Assembly: GCA_964035545.1 (NCBI GenBank)
Contig: OZ037770.1
Location: 2,170,001 to 2,234,000, forward strand
Source of the DNA: Bugula neritina
Taxonomy: Eukaryota; Animalia; Bryozoa
Direction of reading: 5' to 3'
DNA length: 64,000 nucleotides
Shown here: piece by piece, positions 1 through 25,500 of the stretch
How positions within the stretch are numbered: the stretch's first letter is position 1
Layout: the number at the start of each line of letters is the position of its first letter
Position numbers and translations under genes: made by a program
Notes under the pieces: model-generated
Database searches by the model: none
What the model was told of the DNA's origin: nothing
Seen by the model: only the letters and a program-made list of their open reading frames with translations

Positions 1-226
1 ACAGAACAGAGTACCTAGGCCCACACCTTCGCAATAGTAGAAACTTATAGTTTTACTAAAGCATATTTAAAAGGTATGTAAACTCAAGCCAGAGTGCTCA
101 AGTGACTTTAGGGGTCACCTAGGAGTCACGAGCATTGCAAAATGCTAGCAGCTTGAGTGTGTGACCATGGTGAGAGTGCTCAATCATTTAAAGTCATTGC
201 TGAGCATTAAATGAGAGCGTAATATC

Positions 227-234
<8 letters not shown>

Positions 235-305
<71 letters not shown>
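235..305. repeat. (TA)n microsatellite
   Basis: Pure TA run; forms the left flank of the 301-580 foldback. Confidence 0.95.
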
Positions 306-308
<3 letters not shown>

Positions 309-358
309 GTACTAATACAATTTTGGATAGAAAAATAAACTTAGATCTTCATTCTATT

Positions 359-403
359 GACTACAATATTGTTTCACGTAGCGCGAGCTACGATCATCAG
401 GTC
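359..403 (-). ncRNA. Minimal type I hammerhead ribozyme (inverted copy)
   Basis: Reverse complement of 478-522 with one difference in loop II. Confidence 0.65.
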
Positions 404-477
404 GTTGTGTGTACGCTTAAGTGATTTTGTTTTGAAATACTAATTTCAAAACAAAATCACTCAAGCGTACACACAAC

Positions 478-522
478 GACCTGATGATCGTAGCTCGCAC
501 TACGTGAAACAATATTGTAGTC
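478..522 (+). ncRNA. Minimal type I hammerhead ribozyme
   Basis: GAC-CTGATGA-tCGTAG-ctcgca-CTACGt-GAAAC-aatatt-GTA-GTC: core CUGAUGA/GAAA, stem II CGTAG/CTACG, palindromic stem III region ACAATATTGT, GUA cleavage triplet (after 519), stem I GAC/GTC. Confidence 0.7.
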
Positions 523-638
523 AATAGAATGAAGATCTAAGTTTATTTTTCTATCCAAAATTGTATTAGTACCAAATATAAATACTCTATTTTTCGAAAT
601 ATTGAGTTCTTTTGATTCATTTTTAATTATAGAAACTA

Positions 639-768
<130 letters not shown>

Positions 769-827
769 TCAATAGATATTTTTCATTCATTTTTTCAATG
801 CTTACTTAAATAATATAAGCCACTCAC

Positions 828-13482
<12,655 letters not shown>

Positions 13483-13721
13483 GGTTAGCTGGAGGAGAGT
13501 TTGAATTCAGAGCTGATGGTTGTTGTCAAGTGCCGGTCAAAGCAGATATGAACTGACTCAGCATTAATTAAATATTCTTAGAACTTATCTCAATTCTTTT
13601 AAGTGTACAAAGATAAGAAAATGTAATTACTGTTCCTTGCAAGCTACAACATTATTTAATTTAATCATTAGTCAAACATCCTCAGCTCAATGCTTATCCA
13701 TTAAACTCCATGAAATTATAA

Positions 13722-13798
13722 AACCTTTGGCCTCACAGGGTTTCAATCTGTGACCTTTAGCTTACAAGCAGGCACACTTACAACTTACACCACCGGGC
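13722..13798 (-). mobile_element. Degenerate tRNA-derived SINE head
   Basis: Shares CCTGCTTGTAAGC.AAGGTC..TTGAAACCC with the other copies. Confidence 0.45.
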
Positions 13799-15818
13799 AA
13801 CTAGATACATTCCACACTACATCGCACTCAGTTCCCAAGATGTCTACTGGTCTCTTATAACTGCTCCTTCAGTCTCCAGGCTCCCCTGGCCTTTCAACTC
13901 TCTCAGAGTACTATTAAATTTCACTAAAACCTGAAATAGCTTATAAAATAACCCCCCCCCCACCCCCATGTGAACCACAGGCTTCTTGTTTGCAAGCAGG
14001 CGAGCTACCATTACACCACAGGAGCTACTGGGTAAACTTGAGACTACAAAGTTAAGATGACAACTAAGACTAAAACAACACTGCACTATTTTTAAAAGGA
14101 AGTTGATTTGGTTATTATTGATCATTTGTCAAATTAAGGACTGGGTGAAGGTGTTTTATTAGAGAAAGGGTTAATAATACTACAGCTACATTATATTATA
14201 TTGAAGTGCTGTTAATTGGGAGTTGAGCTTTTCTCTGGGAGGGGGGAACTTATAGGCTAGACATGCACTTACATGTTATGGTACTGCAAAAATAAAAATT
14301 GCTAGAAACTATTATCTATACTCTTCTATTGATGTTGCTAGCAATTATAGCCATTTGCATGTCATACTTGGAGCTTGGCCAACTTATAGCTGAGTAACAA
14401 AAGAATAAGTGTTGCAGGAGCTTTTTGGCAGCTTTCTAAAAACCAATGTGTAGCGAAAGCTATTTGTGAAAGCTTTCGCGATAGCTATTTGCTAGCTATT
14501 TTTATTCAATGATTCAGTGTGGCTCAATTTTCCTCCTGCTAAAGATGTAGGCAGCTTATACTTTATTGTCAAAATAATTGTAAGTATCAAGTATTATAAT
14601 ATTATCTTTTGTTTTGAACTTTATTAACTAAATGTTTTGTCAGCTGTGTAATTAATGTTAAGTTAACATGATGTTTGTAATTTTTATGGTTATAGGTTAC
14701 AGTATCAGTTCGAGTATGAGTGCGAGTGCTAGTGCGGGCGCGGGTATGGGTATGAGTATGAGTTCAAGTTTGAGTTCAAGTGTGAGTCTGAGTTCAAATA
14801 TACTGTTGGCAATAGACAAAAAATAAAGTTGTGGCCTGCTTCTGTGTCCTCCATCCATTCACCCTTCATTAAGTGAATCACAATACATAGGCATCCGTGC
14901 CAAACAGCAACCGTGCTGACACAATGAGTATTCCAAGTATATACGGCAGATTGTATTTTAATTTTAATCTGTGAAACTATATTGTTTGCTTAACTTTCTA
15001 GTTTCATTAAAAGCAGTCGATGTGATATTTTTAATTCTATAAAACTGTATTCGGCCTAAATGGGAATGTTTTGCGAATATTTATTAACTAATTATTATAT
15101 TTTAGTATTAACAAATGACCAGGTAATATTGCATACATATTAAGAGTACTGTATAGATCATGCATTGCCACTATAAAAATAGCACATCTTGGTTTAAATC
15201 AACTCAATGCAATACATGAGAAATCAAGTTAAATCAACTCCACTGAATAAATGGTAATTTATATTCCAAGACAATAATATTATGTAAATATCATTATATA
15301 ATATGATACATGGAATGACCTTATATTTTCTATAGAATAGTATAATACAGTGTATTGCTTATATATACTGATAATATTTAATATTTAAATCCATACAAAA
15401 CAAAAATCTGCAATGACTGTTGATGTCATGTATTGTTTCCTTTTCAGCAATTTTCCAACCTGCCCTGGACATATATGAAAGCCCCAGTATAATATGTATG
15501 TATATATATATATTTCCGAAGTATCTATATGTATAGGAACGTGGAAATTTGAAGCTACTTTTGGAGGTTAGGCTGGTGATGGAGTTATATATGTAAAATT
15601 TCAAGCTTATAAATGTGTGATAGCTTTTCCACAAACTCTGCAATGAACTAATCAAGCTTTAAATTGTGATTCCAAAAGAAAAATAAAAGTAAATTGGAAT
15701 TTTTCAACTCTCCACTCAAATTGTGTACTTCCTTCTGCTAACTTTGTTTTTCTGGTGACTCAAGAATTTCCCAAAACTCTCTAGAACATTCTGGATTATT
15801 AAGTAGAAACTGTGACCT

Positions 15819-15823
<5 letters not shown>

Positions 15824-15868
<45 letters not shown>
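15824..15868. repeat. (TA)n microsatellite
   Basis: TA run. Confidence 0.9.
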
Positions 15869-15876
<8 letters not shown>

Positions 15877-17426
15877 TAGGAAAATTTAGCTGATGAGTTA
15901 TATAGACACGGTATATATTGTAATTCCACTGATTAAGGTATATCAGGTTAATTTGCGAAAATATCATTAGAATATTCCGGAATATTAAGTATATAGAAAT
16001 ATTATCATATAATTTATCACTTAGACATTCAATGGATAAAAGCTTCACATTATACACCTATAAAACTATAATACACACTGTATATAACACTGTATAATAG
16101 TATATATACTTTGTATATATTTATAGTTTGTTTAATGGGACATGTTATTTTTATATATTATAGTCCCAATTTGTTAGACTCAGCTATAATGAGTATATAT
16201 AATCCTTATATACTTTTTTGACTGCGTTTCATGCAATTAAACTACGGCACTTTGGCAGCATGTAGTATATATTTACTTTAGGGTAGGTTGGGTCAGCATT
16301 CCACTTTTACAGAGCTAGGGCCAATGAAGTGGAATAATCTAGTACTGAGGGGCACATTGTAAAACTTAGAGGCCACAGCTTTAGCAAGTTTCAACTGCAT
16401 TTTTCTTATTCTAAATTTTGATGAAATCCGACCTTTAATCTGCAGGCTACACAAAATATGCATTTAAATCAGAAATTTAAAAAGTGGCTTTATTTTGCTC
16501 TAATTCATATATGTCTGAGGGAAACAATTTTATTGGTTATGACATTGAAAGTCACACAATTAATGTTGGTTGGGGGCAACACTCAGCCCTAGCTGGGTTC
16601 GCCTGTTGGGAAGCCCTGCATGCTTTACAACGTCATTTGGTATAAGAACTTTGTACAATTATAGATGTTGTTAAACTGTTTATTACTTATAGTTTTTACA
16701 TTACCATACCACGGAGCATGTTCAGTAATTATTTAATCTGTATGCTAGCAAGACTCACATCAAATAAATGTTCAAGCAACAATGTTGAGTTACTTTATTC
16801 AGCATTATCAACAAACCAAAGGAATCTATAAAGCAAATTTCTTAAAAGAGGAAAGATGTTACGTGATATAAACTAAATATAATATTAGGTGTTTAAACAG
16901 CATTTAATATAATATTATTATATATGCTACTAGAATATTATATATTTTCAAATAATTCAAAACAGAAAAAGCATGAGTTCGAGACAAATATATAGCCAGT
17001 TATCTATAGAGAAGACTGGAGGTACATGAAGAAAAACATGAAACAGCTAATAAGATGGATAACATTGAAAGAAAATAAATATTAAACTCAGTGCTTTCTG
17101 CAGTAGTATAAATACTAGTTTAGCTGTTCTACATAACTAGACTGCATGGAGCAGTACATGGGAGGAGAGTACAGAAGATTCATACACAGGTGTAACGAAT
17201 AGAACAGGTTTATGATGACAAAGGGCGTAGAGAAGAACAAGTTAGCAGTCTCATCATTCTGTCTTTGGCTGACTTTCTCCAGCTGATCTTATTTCTGTTT
17301 GCTGCGGGTTTCTTGATCACTCTCCACCAATGTTTCTGTGCATGGATTTCTATGTCTTCTGATAGTATGGTAGAAGCTAACGGTGGCCAAACATCTTGAG
17401 ATACTTCGGGCAGACGTTGATGCTGG

Positions 17427-18236
17427 CTAGAAGTACCTGGAGAAACATGAAACGGCTTCCATGCAATCCTCATCAAATCCAGATTTTATGTCAACCGAAG
17501 GAGTCAAGCTGTTATTCATTCCGGTAGATGTCATCTCATCTCTTATATCAATTTTATCTGTTGGTTGTCCTGAGTTTCCTGCAGTTTCTGAGCTTAACAA
17601 ACCAAAGTCATCTGTGAAGCCCTCCACCATCTCTTCATCATCTTTGTTAGATAAATTGTCCCAAGTATTGTCAAATAATTTCATATCATCTTCCAATTCT
17701 TTAAGTTTGTTCTCTGCTACTTTTAACTTCTCCTCTGAGTCATCTAACATCTCAGGGCTGATCTTATCCAACTTTTCCACTAAGTTTCTATGTATCTGTT
17801 TCGATGCGTATTTTTTCTTATCAAGTGAATTTTGTAGATATTCCGCTCCAGAGATGACAAAGCCTTCTAAAGTCTGAGCTGAGTATTCTACATTGAAGAT
17901 TTTTTTGAGACGTCTGCATCTTTGCTTTGGAAAGATAACCCTAAAAATGAAACACAACATTTTATCAAAAGTTAATGAAATATTTAAATAAATAATATTA
18001 TCCCATCCCTTAAATGCAGTCGTATATATGCATTTCTAGTTGAAATTTTCAAACTGTGAAGCAATCAGCAATGAAAAGTGTTATTTCAACACAATAAAAT
18101 TTAAAGCATATTAAAGAAGCTCATATAGCAAGTGTATGAAACCTTACCTGCACTGAATAATAAAGCTGAACACAACTAGTAAGATGTGCTCATCACTGAA
18201 TACTACAGAACTTTTCTCACAAAGTTCCAAAGACAT
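17427..18236 (-). CDS. Uncharacterised protein (about 200 aa, acidic, coiled-coil-like)
   Basis: Exon 18236-18148 (MSLELCEK..IQC, AG|gtaagg) joins 17940-17427 (tttag|G) in matching phase 2; no family recognised; ORF 17476-17210 may be a continuation. Confidence 0.5.
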
Positions 18237-18398
18237 GATAAATAATACATTTAACATGAGTGCTCTAAACACAGCCATTTTTAATTTCGAGTAGCAAATT
18301 TGTACTTCGGAATTCACTACATTGAGTTATTACATAACTTTTATTTTCAGCTCATTGTTGAATTTTCATTGTTTGAAAATAAATTTTACAATACTATC

Positions 18399-18412
18399 TA
18401 GTAGTAGTAGTT

Positions 18413-18466
<54 letters not shown>

Positions 18467-18509
18467 CTAGTAGTAGTAGTAGTAGTACTAGTAGTAGTAG
18501 TATAGTAGC

Positions 18510-18540
<31 letters not shown>

Positions 18541-18900
18541 ATAGTATAGTAGTACTAGTACTAGTAGTAGTGATAGTAGTAGTAGTGGTAGTAGTAGTAG
18601 TACTAGTAGTAGCAGTGGTAGTAGTACTAGTAGTAGTAGTAATAGTATAGCAGTACTAGTACTAGTACTAGTACTAGTAGTAGTAGTGGTAGTAGTAGTA
18701 TCAGTAGTAGTAATAGTAGTAGTAGCAGTAATAGTAGTAGTAGCAGTAGTAGTAGTAGTAGCAGTAGTAGTAGTAGTATCAGTAGTAGTAATAGTAGTAG
18801 TAGCAGTAATAGTAGTAGTAGCAGTAGTAGTAGTAGTAGCAGTAATACTAGTAGTAGTACTAGTAGTAGTAGTAGTAGTACTAGTAGTAGTAGTAGTAGC

Positions 18901-18941
<41 letters not shown>

Positions 18942-18976
18942 CAGTAGTAGTAGTAGTGGTAGTGGTAGTGGTAGTG

Positions 18977-19016
<40 letters not shown>

Positions 19017-19052
19017 TAGTAGTAATAGTAGTAGTATAGTAGTAGTAGTATA
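18399..19052. repeat. (TAG)n imperfect microsatellite
   Basis: About 650 bp of AGT/AGC/ACT triplets. Confidence 0.95.
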
Positions 19053-19579
19053 GTAAACAATGTGTGTCTGGTATGTATTCAAAGACTTGTTCAAAAGGCC
19101 AGATTTATAAACAGAAAAAGTTCATTAGTAAACAGTTGATTTTATTTTAGTAAACGATAATAAAATAACTAGTAATAAGTTTATATAAGAAATAAAACAA
19201 TTTAAAACCAAAAACTTCAGACTTTAGATTTAATAATCAACAAGGTTTTACAAATACAAATATTATATTCATTAAGTTGAAAAATTGTAGTTATATGTAC
19301 AAAATATATTATTATGCGCTAACATCTCAAAAGATGGGGTTTAACTGGAATGAAAGAACAAATGGCAATAGACTCACATCGCATTGATATCAAACAATTC
19401 TGAGCAAGAAAAATAAAATATTCAACTGGTATTCAGAGTTATCTCATCTTGACAAAAACATTAAATATTAACCATACAAATTTCTATCTACAAACGAATT
19501 TCAACAAAATGTTACAATGATGTCTAGAATACTGCGATAAGCCGGTAAGAGATTGGAGGTCAAGGCGGAGTTATAGAGG

Positions 19580-22500
19580 TCAACTTTTATATCCTAGTCT
19601 AGCCATGCTGATGGTCTTCCTAAGGTCCATAATTCTCCAGTATACGTCTGCATCTACAACAGGAAGTGGTTAAACTGTTACTTGATGTTGACTGAAACCA
19701 ATGCAGTGACACAGCTCAGTTATTAGCCAATAATATTCAGCTGCCAGTAAAATAGGGGTATAATTTTATGCGAAAAATGAACACAAAAAACTGGTGATAC
19801 AATCCGCAATTTACAGTAGAGTAACTTACATTAGAGTAACTTACATTAGAGTAACTTACATTAGAGTAACTTACAGTATAGTAACTTACAGTATAGTAAC
19901 TTACAGTAGAGTAACTTACAGTAGAGTAACTTACAGTAGAGTAACTTACAGTAGAGTAACATACAGTAGAGTAACTTACAGTAGAGTGATTTACAGTAGA
20001 GTAACTTACATTAGAGTAAAATACAGTAAAGTAGCTTACATTAGAGTACTTACAGTAGAATAACTTACAGTAGAGTAACTTACAGTAGAGTAACTTACAG
20101 TAGAGCAACTTACAGTAGAGCAACTTACAGTAGAGTAACTTAGAGTAGAGTAACTTACAGTAGAGTAACTTACAGTAGAGTAACTTACAGTACGGCTACT
20201 TACAGTACGGCTACTTACAGTAGAGTAACTTACAGTAGAGTGACTTAGAATAGAGTAACTTACAGTACAGTAACTTACAGTAGAGTAACTTACGGTAGAG
20301 TAACTTACAGTACGGCTACTTACAGTAGAGTAACTTACAGTAGAGTGACTTAGAATAGAGTAACTTACAGTAGAGTAACTTACAGTAGAGTAACTTACAG
20401 TAGAGTAACTTACAGTAGAGTAACTTACGGTAGAGTAACTTACGGTAGAGTAACTTACAGTAGTGACTTACAGTAGAGTAACTTACAGTAGAGTAACTTA
20501 CAGTAGAGTAACTTGCAGTAGAGTAACTTACAGTACAGTAACTTACAGTAGAGTAACTTACAGTAGAATAACTTACAGTAGAGTAACTTACAGTAGAGTA
20601 ACTTACAGTAGAATAACTTACAGTAGAGTAACTTACAGTAGAATAACTTACAGTAAAGTAACTTAGAGTAGAGTAACTTACAGTAGAGTAACTTGCAGTA
20701 GAGTAACTTACAGTAGAGTAACTTACAGTAGAGTAACATACAGTAGAGTAACTTACAGTAGAGTAACTTACAGTAGAGTAACTTCCAGTAGAGTAACTTA
20801 CATTAGAGTAACTTACCGGTGGTATTTTTTAACAGACCCGTCCTGATGTAGCCGAGGTAAGTGTACAATTCACAGACGGCTGTAATCTGCAAGTAAAGCA
20901 GTTCAAAATACTCTTATAATAAGAAGACAACTCTTGATACACGCAAAAATAGTATTTGTTATGAAAAGACAACTCCTGCATGCGGAGATATTATTTGTTA
21001 GTTTAAATTTCAAATTCGGTAAAGAGATAGTAGTTATTTTTTAGGACTGTAACGTGAAGATTATGCGAGAAAATATAAATCATTCAAAATAGATTTACAT
21101 GGGGAGTTGCTTCAACTTCGACATGGAATTATAGGAAAGGTTATGAGATAACTTTCAATTTACAAATCCACACAATATTCCAACAGTAAAAGGCCATGTA
21201 AATTTTCTCTTCAAAAATAAGTTACTCAATACCGGAATTAGCAAAGATGGCTGAAAATTATCTTAAACATTTAGAAAAGAAACGCGCAAGATCCAAGGAA
21301 AACGACTTACTCTATTACGGACGAGTTCACATATTTCCTGCCACGCCTCGTCCTCAGAGAATCTCAACTTGTAGGAACACACGCAATCTCTCACCATCAA
21401 TGAGCAATGTCTATATTATATAATCAGAGTACAGATGAAATTGTGATAGTTTATTGCACAATATAAATAGTTATATATTCCTAAGCTAAATTATTACGAC
21501 TATCTTTATATTATATACAGCAACTAAAATTTCTAACAGAAAAATATTGCGTGAAAAACACACAATTAACGGTTTAAAAGAAAATACAAATAACTTTACA
21601 CAAAACTATAAGTGTTGGAACCATTACGGTGATTGCTTTGAGAGTAGAATAGCAGTAATAAACATAGACAAGGTTCTATAAGCTCAACCATAGCATGAGT
21701 TCTTACCTTTTGGCCTGCGATGATGAGGGGATAGGCTCTATGAGTATATTATTGTTTTCACACTTGACTACCAACTGCTCACCCATCTACAACAGCAGAC
21801 GTGATGAGTCGTACATTTCAAATGGAAACCCCAAATAATTATCAGAGCAGACAACTTCAGTCCCTTTTTTATTAAAAATTAATTGAAATCAGACATTTTT
21901 TGCAATTAGAAAAGGCGCTAACTACTCACTTGCTTGTTAGCAAAGGAAACGCACGGAATGATGTCTTCGGTAAGAAGTCTAGAGATAAATGGAGAGTCGT
22001 GGGACAGAACTGGATTCTCCCTCCAACTCACAAAACAGTCGAAGGATTCGGAATCTGTCTGCAAAAATTGGAGAGAATTTTGATCAACAACAAACAAACA
22101 CAAAAAGCAGACAATACACGCAGAAGTGAAATGATTATTATCAAGTAAATATGCCAAGTACATCATAATTTCTTTTCAGCTGCCAATTAAAGTAAATCTC
22201 GAAAATAGTTGAAAGAAAAATTAATAATAGAGCCCTTACAGTTACACACAAGTCACAGAAGGAGCGAACAATTCTAATTCAGTTTAGTTATCCCACTATT
22301 CTAAAACTGCACATGATCAATTAGAGACTGCGTGTCTCAAAACTTTTAAATTGTTTACAAGTTGCTAAAAAAGGAGAGCATATAGTCATTATCATGAGAT
22401 GTAGTTGAAACCTACTAATTCTAAGCTAGGAACCAGTTAAGCTAAAGAAACCTACTATTTTAGTGACAGCAGGGGGCCCTGGTGCCGGGGTCGTAGGGTC

Positions 22501-25500
22501 AAACTCAAAGTCAGCACTGCTCTTAGTTATGTGATGACTGGTGGACCTCTTGTGTGTCTTCTTGAAACTCAGTTTTTTAGCGATTCCACTTTCTGCTGGG
22601 GCTACAAAGGAAAGGATAACTCCTAGTACTATTTTCACAGCGTGGGAGAATAATCCCCACAGGTAATTAGGAACTTTCAACAAGATCTGAAGGTTAATAA
22701 ACTGGTCAAATTCAAGTGCATTCAAAGCAAAACTATTCCAGCCATAACCAAAATATTATTTTCAGCTTTAAATGAAGTTTTCTCAAATGAGAAAACAACT
22801 CAGCGATACATAATTTTTTTTGACAAGAACAGATTATCACACACTGTTGCCGTGGTAACAATATAAATACCCAAAACTAGCTACACTTTCATCTACAGAT
22901 ACAAAATATGCACCAGATCCTCATCAACTCATGTTGCAATTCAAAACTAATAATCCGTAACAAAACACTTGTGTTTGAGTATCAACTTCCTCTCAACAAC
23001 AAACACACATGACTGGCTACAAGATGGTGAATACAAGAGATAGGATGCTGAGAGCATAACCTACTCCTAGTCACTATCTGGGGATAGTGTTTCAGTACCC
23101 AATAAACTTTCAACATAATAAAATAGAGAACTGAAAAGTAAACATTTTTAACTTGTACTTCCTATTAGAAAGATATGAAAAGCACCAATCAGAAAACATG
23201 TTATATATTCCTGTAGTTTAATACTTTTTTTTATCAATTTTAATAATTTTCCTCATACATCAACAGACTGGTGCCTGGTAAATTAACAATGGCATGTTTG
23301 CAAATAAATTACGTAATGCCTCACCTCAAACAAACACATACACCAACTAGTGCATCATAAACACAGTTGAACTAACAAATAAGATAATCAGTACATCACT
23401 ACACCTACAATGCTGGACTGGCACAGCACTAACTAATTAACTGGCATAGTTGCCATAGCAACAGTAGACTGTTTACTAAAACAATACCAAGCTAATTAGA
23501 GGGCCAATGACATTAGAGTGAGTTATGTCTCTCCCTGAGGAAAAGCTTATCTCTCTACAATGAGCTGCTCAGATGCTAATAGCAAGTCCAACCACTTTGG
23601 AAGGAAAACAACACCAGTTACATGCGTAAGCAAGTGACAAAAATAGCAAAAATTAAGTCCCATCACATCATAGCAGAAAGTTTTACATCTTCAACACAGA
23701 GTAGGGAGGGGAGATAGGGTACCCCCGTACCGGATGCTAAAGTCAGGTAAGATAAAACTGCATGACAGGTAAATTTCCTGATAAGATAAAACTAAATGGA
23801 ATAGTTTGTTTCCTCTAAAATAAACATTTATTTTCAGCCACTCGGCGAATAGTAAAACTACTTTCTTTACACTCTATATAGAGAGGGGGAAAGTTAGTCT
23901 ATAGTCAACAGGAAATCTTTAGTACTATCCCACAATCCTTGGCATCAGTTACTGAAGAGTGAAATTGTTCACCATTAGCAAAGAATGTGACAGTTTACAA
24001 TTACACAGCTCACCAAATAAGGCTCTAAAGGGGGGCATAGTGTACCCTGCATGACATATTACGCAACCGCTGAAGAACTCAGGCCCGGGAATAGCGAATC
24101 TATTCACTCACCTTCTTTAGACTTCCTGTCTATTTGGGGATGCAGGTGTCTGTTGGGCTCGCTGGGTGTGGAGGTAAGAACGAGGGCTTTGAGGGCTGAC
24201 ACTTCGGCGTTCAGCACGTCTATCTGTAAGGATGGTACAAGTGTGGCGTTACAAAGGCATGTCTACTACTAGTGTTGAAAGTTTTAACATCAAGTGTTGA
24301 TTTAAGCAACAGAACTTTATAGCGTTGAAGAAAACATTTTCAAGAGCTCAAAATTTTAATTCTAGTTTTGACAGAAAATGATCAAACGTAAAAGATTTCA
24401 TTATAATACAAAAGTTAAAGGAACTATAAATTTTATTAATTCAATAATAAATAATAATAATGAATTTTAAATAATTTTAGTAAACAGTTAACCTAACTAT
24501 GCTATATTTCAATATACAATAATACTGTAGGAATATATAATAATACTGTAGGAATATACAATCATACTGTAGGAATATACAATCATACTGTAGGAATATA
24601 CAATCATACTGTAGGAATATACAACTCACGCTGCTTTGTGCTTCATTGAGCAACTTCTCTGTATGCATTCGCTTCACATTGGCATCTTGTACCATCTTAT
24701 TGGCTTCCTGCAGACAGACAAACAGACAGAATAGTTACACATGAAATTTCCTAGACAAATAATATAATACATCCAGTTATGTAACAGACAATGTCTTTAG
24801 CAATGACTTCTACAGTATAACACAGCCAGACAGATGACTAGAGATCACTGTGTGTCACAGAAACCTGGCAGCATTTGACTATAAACAGTCAGAAGGCAGC
24901 AAACAAACACTCTAGTGAACATGATACTAGATCGTGATATGTTACTAAATATAGGCAGGTCATGTGGTATTTGGTAGACCACAGCAATTTATGTCAGCAG
25001 AGAAGTGCAGAAGTGAGCTACAAGATTCACATATTCAAAGTGATAGAGTTTGACTCACAAGAAATTCAAAATAACATGAAATAAGATCAGCGCGACACAC
25101 TTAGTGTTGATAATTTATAAACTTAGTTACTGAGTAAATAATGATCCATTTCAGTGGCTAGTAAAGAGAGCCAATGACAGAGTAGAGGATGCTGTGATGT
25201 CACATGGCGCCAAGAACTCTCAAAATATATTCAGCTTGCACTCTAAATCACTAGATGAATTACAGCATTTTTCCACAGAAAGTTTCACCATACTATCACT
25301 TTACTTGCATTTAGGAGTTCTTCCCACATATAGACTGAGTTCTTGCCTTACCTCAAATAGACTGGCTGTGAGTTCCTCCAACTCCTGCTCCATCTGCTCC
25401 CTCACCCTCTCCAACTTGCCACACTCCTGGTCCTTAAGCTGGAGCTCCTTCTGGGCCCTCATCAGCTCCTCCCTCAACTTCCTGTACGTCTGGTCCTTAG

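Noticed and set aside
15887-15925. CTGATGAG plus a possible stem near a (TA)n run as another hammerhead
   Set aside because: No GAAA or stem III; likewise for CTGATGAG near 26573 and 32872
18322-19094. Poly-S/V/L ORFs
   Set aside because: Translations of the (TAG)n microsatellite
19737-20739. CKLLY/VTYSR repeat proteins, or a CRISPR-like array
   Set aside because: Head-to-tail intronic minisatellite with no unique spacers; eukaryotic context and no cas genes
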